DNA of 62,915 nt, filler included, from Catajapyx aquilonaris (Eukaryota), in the NCBI GenBank assembly GCA_000934665.2. It is 3 parts of 3 records of this genome, joined end to end, with 100 filler letters (N's around TTAATTAATTAA, not from the genome) between each part and the next. Parts side by side here need not be neighbours in the genome. Positions count along the whole stretch, not along the records: positions 1 to 19,466 come from KZ539545.1; positions 19,567 to 43,479 come from KZ539546.1; 1 more part is not named here. One strand, given 5' to 3'. The position numbers and the translations under genes are program-made. Numbering within the stretch: the first letter of the stretch is position 1; the number at the start of each line of letters is the position of its first letter. Below the pieces are notes generated by a model, which was not told where the DNA came from, did no database searches, and saw nothing but the letters and a program-made list of their open reading frames with translations. Positions 12,254-23,893 of the stretch are shown here, one piece after another.

Positions 12254-13186
12254 CTAGAGCTGGCCAAAAAGTATACGACCTTGATTTTTTTCGCAGAAAC
12301 AAATGAAGTACGGGAGGTATCCTCTGGTGGGTAGGTGTGGAGTACTTTCATGAGTATTCGTTAATTTTTTCCCGCCCCCCAGCGAGAGTCAGTCACTGGC
12401 AGTCAGCCTTTGAGTGACCGAGGGTACTAGGCCACAGTCGGATTTTCATCTTCCCGCGAAAATGACGGAACAACTTGAACAGCGATATGACCCACGACTC
12501 ATCACCAGTCATCACGTTGTTCAGGAAGTCGGGGTCACCGTTTGGGGAGTCCAGAATGTCCTGCGAGACTTCCAGACGGAGTTGCTTCTGCTCCTGCAGT
12601 CTGAAGCTTGTGGACAAATTTTTCGGACACACTCCTTGAGGCCAAATTATCCCTCAAAATCAAATGCAACAGAACTAATGCGTTTGTCCACCTCGTCCTC
12701 AAGTTCTCGGACTGTGACACAACAGTCCTGCATGACCAAAGTCAGCACTTGGTCAATGACCTCGTCATTTTGGCTTGTTGAGGGCCTCTCAAAACGTGAG
12801 TCGCTTTCCACTGATTTTCAGCCATCTTTGAAATGTACCACTTCTGAATATGTGTGATGCCCATGGCATCATCTCCGAAAGCCTGCTGAATCTTCTGAAT
12901 GGTTTCCACATGAGTATTGCCAGGCATTAATGCAAAATTTGATGAAGCAGCTCTGTCCAAGTTGTTACATCCATCATTTTCATGGGAAAATGAAAATCTG
13001 ACGGTTGCCTATAGTACCCTCGGTCACTCAAAGGCTGACTGCCAGTGACTGACTCTCTCTGGTGACGGGAAAAAGATTCAAGAATACTCATGAAGGTACT
13101 CCACACCTTACCCACCAGAGGACACCTGGGCTTAATTTGTTTCCGTGAAAAAAAATAAAGGTCGGATACTTTTTGGACAGCCCTCG
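12254..13186 (-). mobile_element. Deleted mariner element with 5'-derived long inverted arms and a frameshifted N-terminal transposase remnant
   Basis: Terminus ta|cgagggctgtccaaaaagtatccgacc; minus-strand fragments ETIQKIQQAFGDDAMG, EQKQLRLEVSQDIL and VMTGDESWV; about 230-bp arms. Confidence 0.88.
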
Positions 13187-13398
13187 TAGATGGAATTTTC
13201 GTGCCATTGCTAAAATACTGCTAGCAGCCTGCTACTACTGCTAGTCAAGATTCTTCCAGTTTTTCATGGGTTACCATGGTTATCAGTAATTTTTGACAGT
13301 GGCTAGCAGTGGGACAAAAATTCCACTAATTGTTACTAGTAATGAACCAGTTGCCAAAAGCTGGCAGCACTCCTCGGCCTCCCCTCCCCCATGGAACG

Positions 13399-13908
13399 AA
13401 GTAGTAGTAATAATAATAATATACATACATACATACATACATACATTTCCTTCACGGCATATTCCCATCAAGATGGGGTTACCAGCGATGACCAGGTAGG
13501 CCTTACAGTCCACCTGGCCATCTCGAACGACCAGTATAATGAATTAATAATAATATTATAATAATATAATAATCATAATAATCCTGGGGTAGTGCTTTCA
13601 CCCCCAAATGGGGGTATATCACACGGATCTTTATTTTGATATTGGTACAGCTGGTGCCTATTCATTGAAGCGCCCGGGCCCACGGGCAGGATGACAGGAG
13701 GGGATGTGCAAAGTGCAGTGCGAGGACTGATATGGGTACATTTTGTGAACTCCCCCGGGTGGATATGTCTATTGGAGATTCCACCCGAGACGAAGCCAGA
13801 GACGACCTAACTCTGCACGAGATGAAGGGGGTGTCCCCGGGCTGGGATCGAACCCGGGCCCTTAACATCCGTGGGCACGTACGTTACCGCAGCGCCACTC
13901 CGCCTCCC
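13399..13908 (-). mobile_element. tRNA-derived SINE with (TTA)n tail, carrying a second retroposon 3' end in its tail
   Basis: Head gggaggcggagtggcgctgcgg, B box gggttcgatccc; TSD catggaacg (13390-13398, 13910-13918); (TGTA)n-tailed insert at about 13421-13536. Confidence 0.75.
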
Positions 13909-14072
13909 TCATGGAACGTACAATATGCTACTCTCGGATGGTGTGCATCCTCAGGTCAAACGGGGTAAAGTGCTACATGAGCCAAGCAGAGTCTGCGACT
14001 CAGTCAATTCTACATATATGATGTAGATTATATTTTGTTATGAGATGCAGTAATTTTGTGCAGTAGCAATTA

Positions 14073-14212
14073 AGGTGCATTTACATGTGAGTGATTTGAC
14101 AAGCGAGGGTGAGTAATCCAAGTAACCAATATTGTTTGAGGCGAAAATCGATTGTTAATTTTAACCTCTGCAAAGATTTCGCTCGTCAAATCACTCACAT
14201 GTAAACGCACCT
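14073..14212. mobile_element. PIF/Harbinger-type MITE
   Basis: TIR aggtgcatttacatgtgagtgatttgac / gtcaaatcactcacatgtaaacgcacct with TTA TSD. Confidence 0.8.
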
Positions 14213-14329
14213 TTAAATTATGATCCTGTTAGCATTGGCAGTATAGCAATTATCGTATATGAATGCGAAGGAAACAAAGCAATTGTGAATATCTGGACAT
14301 GGGAGTGATATGTGCCCTGACGCTCATTA

Positions 14330-14606
14330 ACCAATGGGAATGAACCTGATGAGTCTCTTAACCAATCCTATATCCACTCTTCCGGAATTTTCATGCAGGC
14401 GTATCACTTGTAGTAGAGATGGGATGTGCTGTACAGGTTTTAATCTATAGGATTGCCTCAATCCCGCCAACAGTTGTCCTGGCATTGCAGTTTCTGCGAG
14501 TACCTGACCAGTACTCCAGAATTTTTGTATTTGGTCATGTAAGGTAACAAAGACCTCTTCCTCGTTATTTGCTGGCACCCCATTTTTGTGGCAAAGACCT
14601 TGCAGA

Positions 14607-14674
<68 letters not shown>

Positions 14675-14930
14675 AGCATTGTTTTGCTTTCTAAATCTGG
14701 ATTCATGCTGGCTTTGTTCATCATTGTGTATGGTCTTGCAGAGCCACCAAGCAGCTCTGGACTTTGCTCTTGTGATGGTTGCATTGCCAAGGTTTGCCAC
14801 TATAGGTCTTTGAGGTTATCTTTGGTGAACAAGGACAGAGGCAAAAACAATCGCACCACCCCATGGGTGGAGCACCAACTGCTTTTAGAGAGCATTGTAA
14901 ATATATTCCCTCTGGCACCAACCCTTGTGA
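14330..14930 (-). mobile_element. Possible decayed Penelope-like GIY-YIG remnant
   Basis: Broken minus-strand motifs IEAIL*IK and KIPEEWI resemble the Penelope endonuclease C-terminus; heavily degenerate. Confidence 0.25.
14607..14674. repeat. (GAT)n microsatellite
   Basis: More than 20 perfect units. Confidence 0.95.
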
Positions 14931-15764
14931 CTTTGGCGACAATCTGAATCCTCGTGGGGGTGACTACAGAAAAAAGATAGTCAGAAAGGTCAGCAACCAA
15001 AACCAGCCTACAAAGGCATATGTGAATGCATGGCAAAATTATTGCCATTGTCAGCCACCACACAGTTGACACATCTCATACTGACCGCTGGTTGCGCTTG
15101 AATCTTTCTGACAGGTTTCTTGTTGCTCTCACAATTCAGGAAAGAGATGGGGAAGATGTGGATTGTTCACTCTAGAAAATAATTTAAAGAGAAGCAACAA
15201 ACACAGGAATTGACTGTGGCCTTAACTCTTTCTTCAAACTGGTTGCTTCTCTTTAAACTGGTCTCTGGCATACACAGTCTGCAATTTCATCCTCATGGAC
15301 TTGGAAAATGCACCACCTGGCATTGAAAAACCCAGGGTTAATATACCACGAACCATTGTAAATTACGTTCACTTATTGTTGTGATTATTGCATTTCCTTA
15401 AATTGTGTTACTGAAATGAATAATCACATGCAAATAAATAAATAAATAAATAAGAAATAATTATGAGTTGTTTATTTGTATGAGTCCATAGCTCAAGAAT
15501 ACGTCCCCAGATTTTTCATCACCAAGAAGAGGTAGGGCTTTAAAATGGAAAATTTTCAGTCTTGCACTATAATATTGTCCTATTTCGCAACTGACATTAT
15601 ATTGGGGGTATCATGTTTTGCCGCATTTTTAGTTTTATTAACACTATTGTTAGTGAACAATTTGCGACTCAAATAATTGGCCATCATCTACCATTTTCAT
15701 AAAAATTACAATTCTGTAAGGTTCCTAGTGAATTCTGTGTCCATTTCAAATGTGAAAAAGTTGT

Positions 15765-16545
15765 CAATTCTCAACTTTCAAGAGAAAGTTATACCTTTTC
15801 AGAGAACAGATACTTTAAAACTGAATATCACGTTTTCATCTGATATTACTAGGAACAACCTCCAATAAAAATTGAACCCCCTCCCTGAAAGAAGGGTGTA
15901 TCTCGCAATAAATTATTGTTTCATAAGTAGTGAGCCTACCTGTAAAGGAGTTGTCCCAGGTGAATGACACTTTATCACTTCTCTACGTAGTCCCCCTGGA
16001 GTGTGATGCACTTCTCCCAGCAGTGGTCCAGCCTTGCGCCCCTTCGCGAAAAACATATTTGCCGTGGTCATGACATCATTCACGCGTTCATGACGGCAGT
16101 ATCACTGTTGAAACACTGTTATTTCAGGTGTCCTTTAGTGTTGGGATTCGACTAACCAACTATCACCTGTTCCCAACACTCAAACGACACCTGACAGAAC
16201 CCTGTTTCAACAATGACGCCGCCGTCATGAACACTGCCCATGAATGGTGTGATGTTCAACACAAAATAATAAATTTTTTTGCAAAAGGGACACAAAGCTA
16301 GACCACTGCGGGGAGAAGTGCATCACACCCCAGGGGGACTACGTAGAGAAGCGATAAAGTGCCATTCACCTGGAACAACTCCTTTACAGGTAGGCTCACT
16401 ACTTATCAAACAATTATTGCGTCTTTGAGGGAGGGGTTCAATTTTTATTGGAGGTTGTTCCTAATGATATGAGATGAAAAAGTGAAACTAAGTTTGAAAG
16501 AATCTGTTGTCTGAAAAAGGATAACGCTCTTGAAAGTTGAGAGGA
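15765..16545. mobile_element. Fold-back palindrome built from a mariner transposase 3' end plus flanking repeat
   Basis: About 380-bp inverted arms around 16147-16170; the right arm translates, with frameshifts, as YHLFPTLKRHL...EKCITPQGDYVEK, a mariner C-terminus. Confidence 0.8.
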
Positions 16546-17430
16546 CAGTCAATTTCTGGGTGATCTGGTAAAAATTGCTGCCACTACGTTTACCTGTAAC
16601 TCTTTTTTTTAAAAAATAGCAGTATGTTTATTTTAATAATGAACCTGATGAGCCATACAAATCTGAAGACTTAAAATTAATTACAAAAAATCTACCACTG
16701 AATTTTAAGATGTTTATCGTGGCTTGCAGATGTGGAATTTTCTGTGCATTTTTAAATAAGTGGATTTAAAAACCATTTCACATTAATTAAACTGAAATTT
16801 TTTATCATAGCACATTGGACGGAAGTCTAAATAGACAATATCGGGGAGGTGTGGTGGCCGAGATGGTAACGTCTCGGCTTGCTGAGTGAAAGGTCCTAGG
16901 TTTGATCCCCGCCTGGGAGTTCCCTTTCACCTGCGTCAGGAGGGTCTCTGACTCATGCCTTGGAGGCGTCTGGCAACCTAACCTCCTGGGGGACTGCACA
17001 TGGCCCAACATCCGACATTGCACCTACACAAGTGTCCCGTCCCCAACAATCCCTATCCCTACCCCACATCCCGAAGGCCTTGCACGTAGATTTAAGAAAA
17101 AAGGAAAATTGTTCTAAATGGTGGTTATCCACCCCCCTATAGAACCTGTAAGGGTCATCACAGGGTACAAAAAAAATACAATATAATCACATTTGTATTT
17201 ATTTATAAATAACACTGTTAAATGTTTTACACCAAAGTGTAGCAATTTCTGAAAATGTCCATGAGCCATAAGCATTTTAAAATTCTGTTGTAGATTTTTT
17301 GTCATTAATTTCAATAGTCTTCGGGTTTGTGTGGCCCCTCAGGTTCATTATTGAAATTAATGTCCTGCTAAGTTACAGACAAAATGTAGTGGCAGCAATT
17401 TTTACCATACCCTACAGAAATTCACTGTCC
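16543..17430. mobile_element. Long-TIR non-autonomous element with an internal SINE
   Basis: About 180-bp degenerate inverted arms, ggacagtcaatttct... / ...agaaattcactgtcc. Confidence 0.6.
16843..17176 (+). mobile_element. tRNA-derived SINE
   Basis: A box tggccgagatgg, degenerate B box ggtttgatccc, tail ...atcacagggtac(a)n. Confidence 0.75.
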
Positions 17431-18267
17431 AAGAAGTAATCATATTTCAGTTGTTAACTGTCAAATCAACTTCAACTTTGGTGTCCTTCTAACTCCATTG
17501 TTACGATTCATAATGATCCATTCTAAAATTCAGATAATTTTAATGGTGATTTTTTATCACTTTTTAAAAATTACTGCACCACTGCACTTTTTTGGGGGAG
17601 GCGAATTGGAGAAGGGCAAGTAGTAAGCAGCTTTATGACAAAGAAGTGCTACCCTGTGTGGTTCTTTCATCTGGAACAAATTGTATTTAAGCTAACCTAA
17701 CCTAACCCTAAGGTACCCTGTGAAAAAATGTCTGCAATGTTACATTATTGATTCAGCTATTTTGTCAATCCCTATAGGTTGGAACTTCCAGTCCATAACT
17801 TGCAGTCACTAGTGAGGAAACAAACTGTCATGAACACCAATAAATTAATCTAGGAGCAGGTAGCTGGGCATTTCCATGCATGCATCCGTCCGTTCGTAAC
17901 ACAAGTTTTGCCTATACATGTACAAGTGTATTTAATTAGAACAATGCTGTGCATACATTGCTTGCTTAATCAATTTCATGCCATGTGGGCGTATTGTTAC
18001 AATAAAATACGCTAGTACATGCCTGCAAAACCTACGTTACCAATGGACAGTATGTCAGTGTTTGCGTGGAAATGCCCAGCTGAAGAGACGGTACTTGGCC
18101 CAGATGTGTGGCTGCACAACCTCAATCTGAAAACTGAATTTGTTATCTTGTGTGGAAATGAACAACTGCAGTTTTACTATTTTAATTTCAGTTATAATAA
18201 ATGTGCCTGTAAACATGTTTATAGGCATATATCGAACTGTAAGAGTAATTCAAATGAAAATGAGCCA

Positions 18268-19029
18268 AGGTCATAGCAAATAGCTGAATGGGTTTCTCAC
18301 GGTACCTTGTACAGTGTTGGGCATTAATCGAGGCATACTGCTAGCGACATTTTCTGAAGCGGCAGAAGAAGGAATCTTACTCGGCCGGGTTGCACTATCA
18401 TTGTATTCGATTCCTTCCTCTGCAGCTTCAGAATGATTCAGAATGATGTGCCACAGCGGCAGTGTGACTTGGTTCAAGGGCGCCTGTCAAAAACACCATC
18501 CAATCAGATATGGAAGCAAAGAACACTGTGCAGTGAGCAGTAATCCATTTTGAACAGCTGAAGGTGTAGGGAGTACTGTACAGAAATCCATTGCCACATG
18601 AGTACCATGTATGAAAACTGCATGTCTTTGTCATGTGTTAAAGTCTAGAGTCAGTGGTTTACTAACCCCTCAGCTTGCCCTGGACGGAATCACCAGTCAG
18701 AGATGAGCACACCTTTTGGAAACGCTTACTCCAGGCTTTAACGTGTGACAAAAACGTGCAGTTTTCATATGCAGTACTTTTACACCAATGAATTTTCGTA
18801 CTCCCAACACCTGCTGTTCAAGAATGGATTACTGCTCGCTGCTCAACGTTTGATGCTTCCAGATCTGTCTCACAGTGTTTTTGATGGAGGGTCCTTAACA
18901 AAAGGACACTGCCACTGTGTCACGTCATGGAATCGCCACCTTTCAGTGTGTCATAACATTACAGTTGTACCACCTTCGTTTTGTGTAAAAGATACCACAA
19001 GAAATCCATTCGGCAATTTATAATGACCT
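18268..19029. mobile_element. Old long-TIR element containing a nested Tc1-type MITE fragment
   Basis: Termini aggtcat...atgacct; 18440-18650 is a degenerate inverted copy of 18730-18928. Confidence 0.55.
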
Positions 19030-19093
19030 TAGCTCGTTTTTATTTGAATGATCCTTATTATACAGAACGTGAAATTATATAATATGCTTATTA

Positions 19094-19346
19094 AGGGCGA
19101 CACGGTGGCATAGGTTAGTGCCACAGCCTTCCACCTCTGAGGTCCCAAGTTCGATCCCCGGGTCGGACGGAGGATACTTATGTGGATAGTGTTTCGATGG
19201 GTTCTCTCCGTGTTTGCGTGGGTTTTCTTGGGGTTCTCCCGTTTCCTCCCACAATCAAAATCCATTACAGCGCAGGCAATGATTAAAGATGGTTCACGAA
19301 AAGATGATCCCCTAAGAGGCCCAAGGAGGCCTATCACGGGGTATCC

Positions 19347-19442
<96 letters not shown>

Positions 19443-19466
19443 GTTGTTGTTGTTGTTGTTGTTGTT
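19094..19466 (+). mobile_element. Full-length tRNA-derived SINE with V/Meta-like domain and (TTA)n/(TTG)n tail
   Basis: A and B boxes, gtgtttgcgtgggttttcttggggttctcccgtttcctcccaca domain, tail cccctaagaggcc..ctatcacggggta. Confidence 0.85.
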
Positions 19467-19568
19467 NNNNNNNNNNNNNNNNNNNNNNNNNNNNNNNNNN
19501 NNNNNNNNNNTTAATTAATTAANNNNNNNNNNNNNNNNNNNNNNNNNNNNNNNNNNNNNNNNNNNNGA

Positions 19569-21113
19569 TTCATCATTCACTTCAGGACTGATGGTCACAC
19601 TCATCCTCATCATGCTCAGGAGGTAGGAGAGGTGCACAGGATCATGGCCCACTCCCCACCCGCAACCTCCCTCAGGCTAAAGGTCATGGTCACAGGGGAT
19701 GGCCCCGATGGGCGGATCAAGGCGGACACGGTCTGCTTCTACTGCGCACAAGGAGGGTACCCACAAATACTGCATCTCGGAGTGTTCGATCCATCTGATG
19801 ACGGTGATGGAGGCATGGTGAATCTCTTCTTTCGAGACTACGATGTCAAGAGGATGAATGGAAGGGTTCTCAGAACTCGATACTACGCAGATATTGACAT
19901 GCCAGCTGCGAGGAAGCAGAATGAGGCTGAGGGTGAGTTCACTCTCGACCTGTACTCTAGGTTTGCGATATTTGGAGATCAGGTTTTTGGGGGAATACTT
20001 GAGTACACCCCAGAGGAATTCCGAGTGGAGCTGGACTTTCGTTACCCGAATGGAACTTGGGGCGGGTTGGTTGGCAGCTTGGTGCAGAACAAGTCGGATT
20101 TCTTACCCGTAATTCTCCCTTCGGAGGAATCATACTCAGTCCTGGAAATTCCCCAACCCTACTTGTTCGCATATGGATCGGGTTTGACAAGAGTACCTAG
20201 AAGAATTGTGACTTGGAAGGTGATCTTCATGCCTTATCCACTCTTGGTTTGGATGTTGATTGCATTCTGCTTATTAATTTTATTCGTATCCTCTTATTAT
20301 ATATCCAAATGGGGAAGCATCTCAATGAGGCCACTTTCACTGTCCCAATCAGTTGGCCTCATTTTGCGCACCTTGGTAGATCAGAATATGAATTTGACAG
20401 GAACACACTTCGCAATCAGTTTCACTGCCTGCATGCTCATGTTTGTGACCGTGATCACCACTGGTTACGAGGCCAAACTAGTGTCCTTCCTGACCTGGCC
20501 CCCAAAAGAGTTTGTTCCAACAAATGGGCAAGAAATGATTGAATCCAACTGGGATTTGGAAGCGGATGTCATAAACTATCTCCTTGTAAGTCACTTTGGA
20601 AAAAGCGCACAAGATCCCGATACGGTTGAGCTATGTAAGCGTATGGAAATGAAGGGCACTACCCAGGATTGTCTCCGTAAAACTCGAAAGGAGAACGTTG
20701 TCTGCCTTGGTATCAACGTTCTCCTGGAGCGCGAAACATACCTTCACACGAGCAGTGATGGGACCCTGCACCTCCAGTACCTCCAAGACGATAGATTCCC
20801 TGGTTATTCCTTCGCCGCCACTTCAAAGGGCCAAACTCAACTGTATCACATAACCAGAAAAGTGGCGGCCCTCCTTATGGAGAGTAAATTATTCGACACT
20901 TGGATCAAGCACGAGAAGTACATGAACTTCCTCCGCAACCTGAGGAGGATCCTAAAGGCGGAAGAGAGCGCTGCCAAGACATACGTTCGAGAAGAAGTGA
21001 TGACAATGACCAAGTTGGAAGCCATCTTCAACATGTGGCTTTTGGGTCTGCTGGGTGGTCTTGTGGTGCTCCTCGCGGAAATGTCCCATTTTTATCGACG
21101 TACAACTGGTTGA
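19569..21113 (+). CDS. Divergent ionotropic receptor (IR, variant iGluR), single exon, 5'-incomplete
   Basis: Frame is open from the gap edge to TGA. Motifs: S1 NGTWGGLVGSLVQNKSDF, pre-M1 PYPLLVW, pore LRTLVDQ, M3 GYEAKLVSFLTWP (cf. SYTANLAAFLT), M4 LEAIFNMWLLGLLGGLVVLLAE. ATTAAA at 21170-21175. Confidence 0.9.
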   Translation, partial: FIIHFRTDGHTHPHHAQEVGEVHRIMAHSPPATSLRLKVMVTGDGPDGRIKADTVCFYCAQGGYPQILHLGVFDPSDDGDGGMVNLFFRDYDVKRMNGRVLRTRYYADIDMPAARKQNEAEGEFTLDLYSRFAIFGDQVFGGILEYTPEEFRVELDFRYPNGTWGGLVGSLVQNKSDFLPVILPSEESYSVLEIPQPYLFAYGSGLTRVPRRIVTWKVIFMPYPLLVWMLIAFCLLILFVSSYYISKWGSISMRPLSLSQSVGLILRTLVDQNMNLTGTHFAISFTACMLMFVTVITTGYEAKLVSFLTWPPKEFVPTNGQEMIESNWDLEADVINYLLVSHFGKSAQDPDTVELCKRMEMKGTTQDCLRKTRKENVVCLGINVLLERETYLHTSSDGTLHLQYLQDDRFPGYSFAATSKGQTQLYHITRKVAALLMESKLFDTWIKHEKYMNFLRNLRRILKAEESAAKTYVREEVMTMTKLEAIFNMWLLGLLGGLVVLLAEMSHFYRRTTG

Positions 21114-21862
21114 CCATGGTGCAGTGTTCGTTGTAAGGATGGTTATGACCAATATTGCAATATTGTTATATTAAAGTAACTGTAAACTTTGCCCAGCCTT
21201 ATTTTTCCCGCACCAAACTTAACATAAAAACGGTGAGGTGCTCTTGTCAGTGTTCATCATTTTATCACCTTATAATCGGAAATGGTTAAAAAAGGGAAAA
21301 TGATAACCCCAAAATAACCAATGTAATTAAATTCCGAAAGTGAGCTAGATTTCTCGTTTCATTTGAATGTATTTTTGAGTCTGAAGTTAAATAAATAAAT
21401 TGTAATCGGAAGAAAATTCTACATGATCTTCATTTATGAGTGATCCAGCAAGATCAGCATTCATTACCCCTGTTGGGGTACGAAGCTAGTGGCTCGTTAA
21501 ACTGCAGGAATTGCAAACTAGAGTGGTGCTCTGATGTCTTCTTCTGTTCCCCCTTAAAATAACCGCTGACATTGGCAAAAAAAAATGCAAAAATTTCTTT
21601 TAGAATTCATTTTTTATTACCGCTATATATTTTTTGTCATTGACATGCAGAGGAACTTGGTGTCCAATTTTAACTTACCAAAGCATTCCTTACTCCTCAT
21701 TTTCATGTGTGCACAATGCTATGCCTTCGGGTGTGTTGGTTGGTCATGAGGCGTATGTGAAGGTTGCCTATCCCTTGGCCTATCCAATCGATGGCCTCAC
21801 TTATTCACTAAATCAGATACAGTCTCTGTGGGAAATGTACATGTTAAGTGTTGGAATATATA

Positions 21863-23200
21863 ATTGAACCTCGGAATCGGAAAACAGGTTAAGTGGACTT
21901 CAAAATGACTTGGCACTTATGCACTTGTTGCTCTGAGCCTCGCTGTACGCCAACCGGAGCGTCGCAGGCGCACCAAACTCGGGTGGTAGGTACGCCTGGC
22001 GAATCCATGACGATACAAGGTGTCAGAAATCCGATACGAGTAACGAGTGACGAATGGGAGCGGTGTCTTTGACCCCCACCCTCTGGACACCCCCGTAAAG
22101 TTAACCTGTTTTCCGACTCCCATGCGAGTTCGAGGCCACGTTGACCCCTCTGCAGGTCACAGTGATTGTCGCACCTGGGTAAAAAAAAAAAATTGGTATT
22201 TTTCTTGCGGCGAATGCGTACCTATCCCCGGTATCACGATACCGATAGCACAAACGAGTCAAATGCAGCACTGGTTTTTCTTACCCCCATCCCTTTTTTA
22301 TTTCCGATTCCAATGCCTTCTTTTTAGTGTAGATACATTTTAAAACAGATAAAGGAATATGGTCAATAAAAGTAACTGGAAACATCAATATATGTCGTGT
22401 GGAACTGCTTTTTATACCAAAGCCGCATCAGATATCACATAATTGCGTAGGCTACAATGTACAACATATGATGCTGCATGTTGCTAATGGTGTCGCCAAC
22501 CGGTTGTGTACAGTACATAGGCGTGCATGTTGTGTACACATACCTACACCAAGTATAATCTACTGCACTATAGGCGACATCCCAGGAGGGGGATCAGATA
22601 AACCAGTGCCGCATTGACTCGTCTGTGCTGTCGGTTTCGTGACACCAGGCATAAGTTTGAATTCTCCGCTAGAAAAACGCCATTTTGGTTTGGTTCAGGT
22701 GCGACAATCACTGTGACCTGCAGAGGGGTCAACGTGGCCTCGAACTCGCATTGGAATCGGAAATAAAAAAAAGGGATGGGGGTAAGAAAAACCAGTGCCG
22801 CATTTGACTCGTTTGTGCTATCGGTATCGTGATACCGGGGATAGGTACGCATTCGCCGCAAGAAAAATACCAAATTTTTTTACCCAGGTGCGACAATCAC
22901 TGTGACCTGCAGAGGGGTCAACGTGGCCTCGAACTCGCATGGGAGTCGGAAAACAGGTTAACTTTACGGGGGTGTCCAGAGGGTGGGGGGTCAAAGACAC
23001 CGCTCCTATTCGTCACTCGTTACTCGTATCGGATTCCTGACACCTTGTATCGTCATGGATTCGCCAGGCGCACCTACCACCCGAGTTTGGTGCGCCTGCG
23101 ACACTCCGTTTGGCGTACAGCGAGGCTCAGAGCAACAAGTGCATAAGTGCCAAGTCATTTTGATGTCCACTTAACCTGTTTTCCGATTCCGAGGTTCAAT
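21863..23200. mobile_element. Long fold-back DNA element, superfamily unassigned
   Basis: About 455-bp near-identical inverted arms (21863-22316 / 22748-23200) beginning attgaacctcggaatcggaaaacagg, TATA on both flanks. Confidence 0.88.
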
Positions 23201-23444
23201 TATATGTAAAACGCAATGTTGTTGTTACTTGAATACGCAAGATGTGGGGGGTGGGCACTTGATAACCCTCATATTTTTCAATTTTTACATGTACACCAAG
23301 AAACGATGTAAAAAACATGAGGAGACGATGAGGGCCAAACAGAACCTATAGGTCACAGGTTCGTGGTAAATCAGGCGTAGCGGGCTTAATAATCACTCTA
23401 CTGAGACTAATATCTCACGAATTAGTGTAAGTTTTTGTTTCGTT

Positions 23445-23893
23445 TTGTTGTTACACCATTGGAGGGAACGAAGCCCTTTTAGGGGCGTGGACTACCACCA
23501 TTTTTCTTACGAATTTTCTTTCGTATTTTTTTTCTCTCCGGCGCGGTGCAGGGATCAGGATAGGGATTTGTGTGGAAGGGACACTGGTGCAAGTGCGTTG
23601 TTTTTATGTTGGGAGTCGTGTGCAGTCTCCCAAGTGTCCGGTTGCAAGACAACCCCCTAGGTGCGGGTAAGAAACCTCCCACCGACATCGCACCTCCCCA
23701 TGGATGGGTCAAAGATAGGAAAGGAAGGGGGCGGCTGTGGCCTATTATTTACGGAAGCGACCCCGGAATTTTCCTGGGAGGACCGTGGGAAACCACAGAA
23801 AACCACGGTCAGGATCTCCGGCCCCGGGACTCGAAACCGGGACCTCCAGATTAGCAGTCGGACGCCTTATCCACTGCACCAACCTGCTTCGGT
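23445..23893 (-). mobile_element. tRNA(Ser-like) SINE, long variant with an extra internal module
   Basis: Head and body match the 40620 family; the extra about 150-bp module is shared with 37765-38175 and partly with 16843-17176. Confidence 0.8.

Noticed and set aside
14327..14947. ORFs with poly-D, poly-M, poly-I or poly-S
   Set aside because: Translations of the (GAT)n microsatellite; the same applies to the ORFs over the (TTA)n, (AAT)n and (TAG)n runs.
19511..19522. TTAATTAATTAA inside N runs (also about 43524-43535)
   Set aside because: Identical 12-mer centred in two gaps: a scaffolding linker, not biological sequence.
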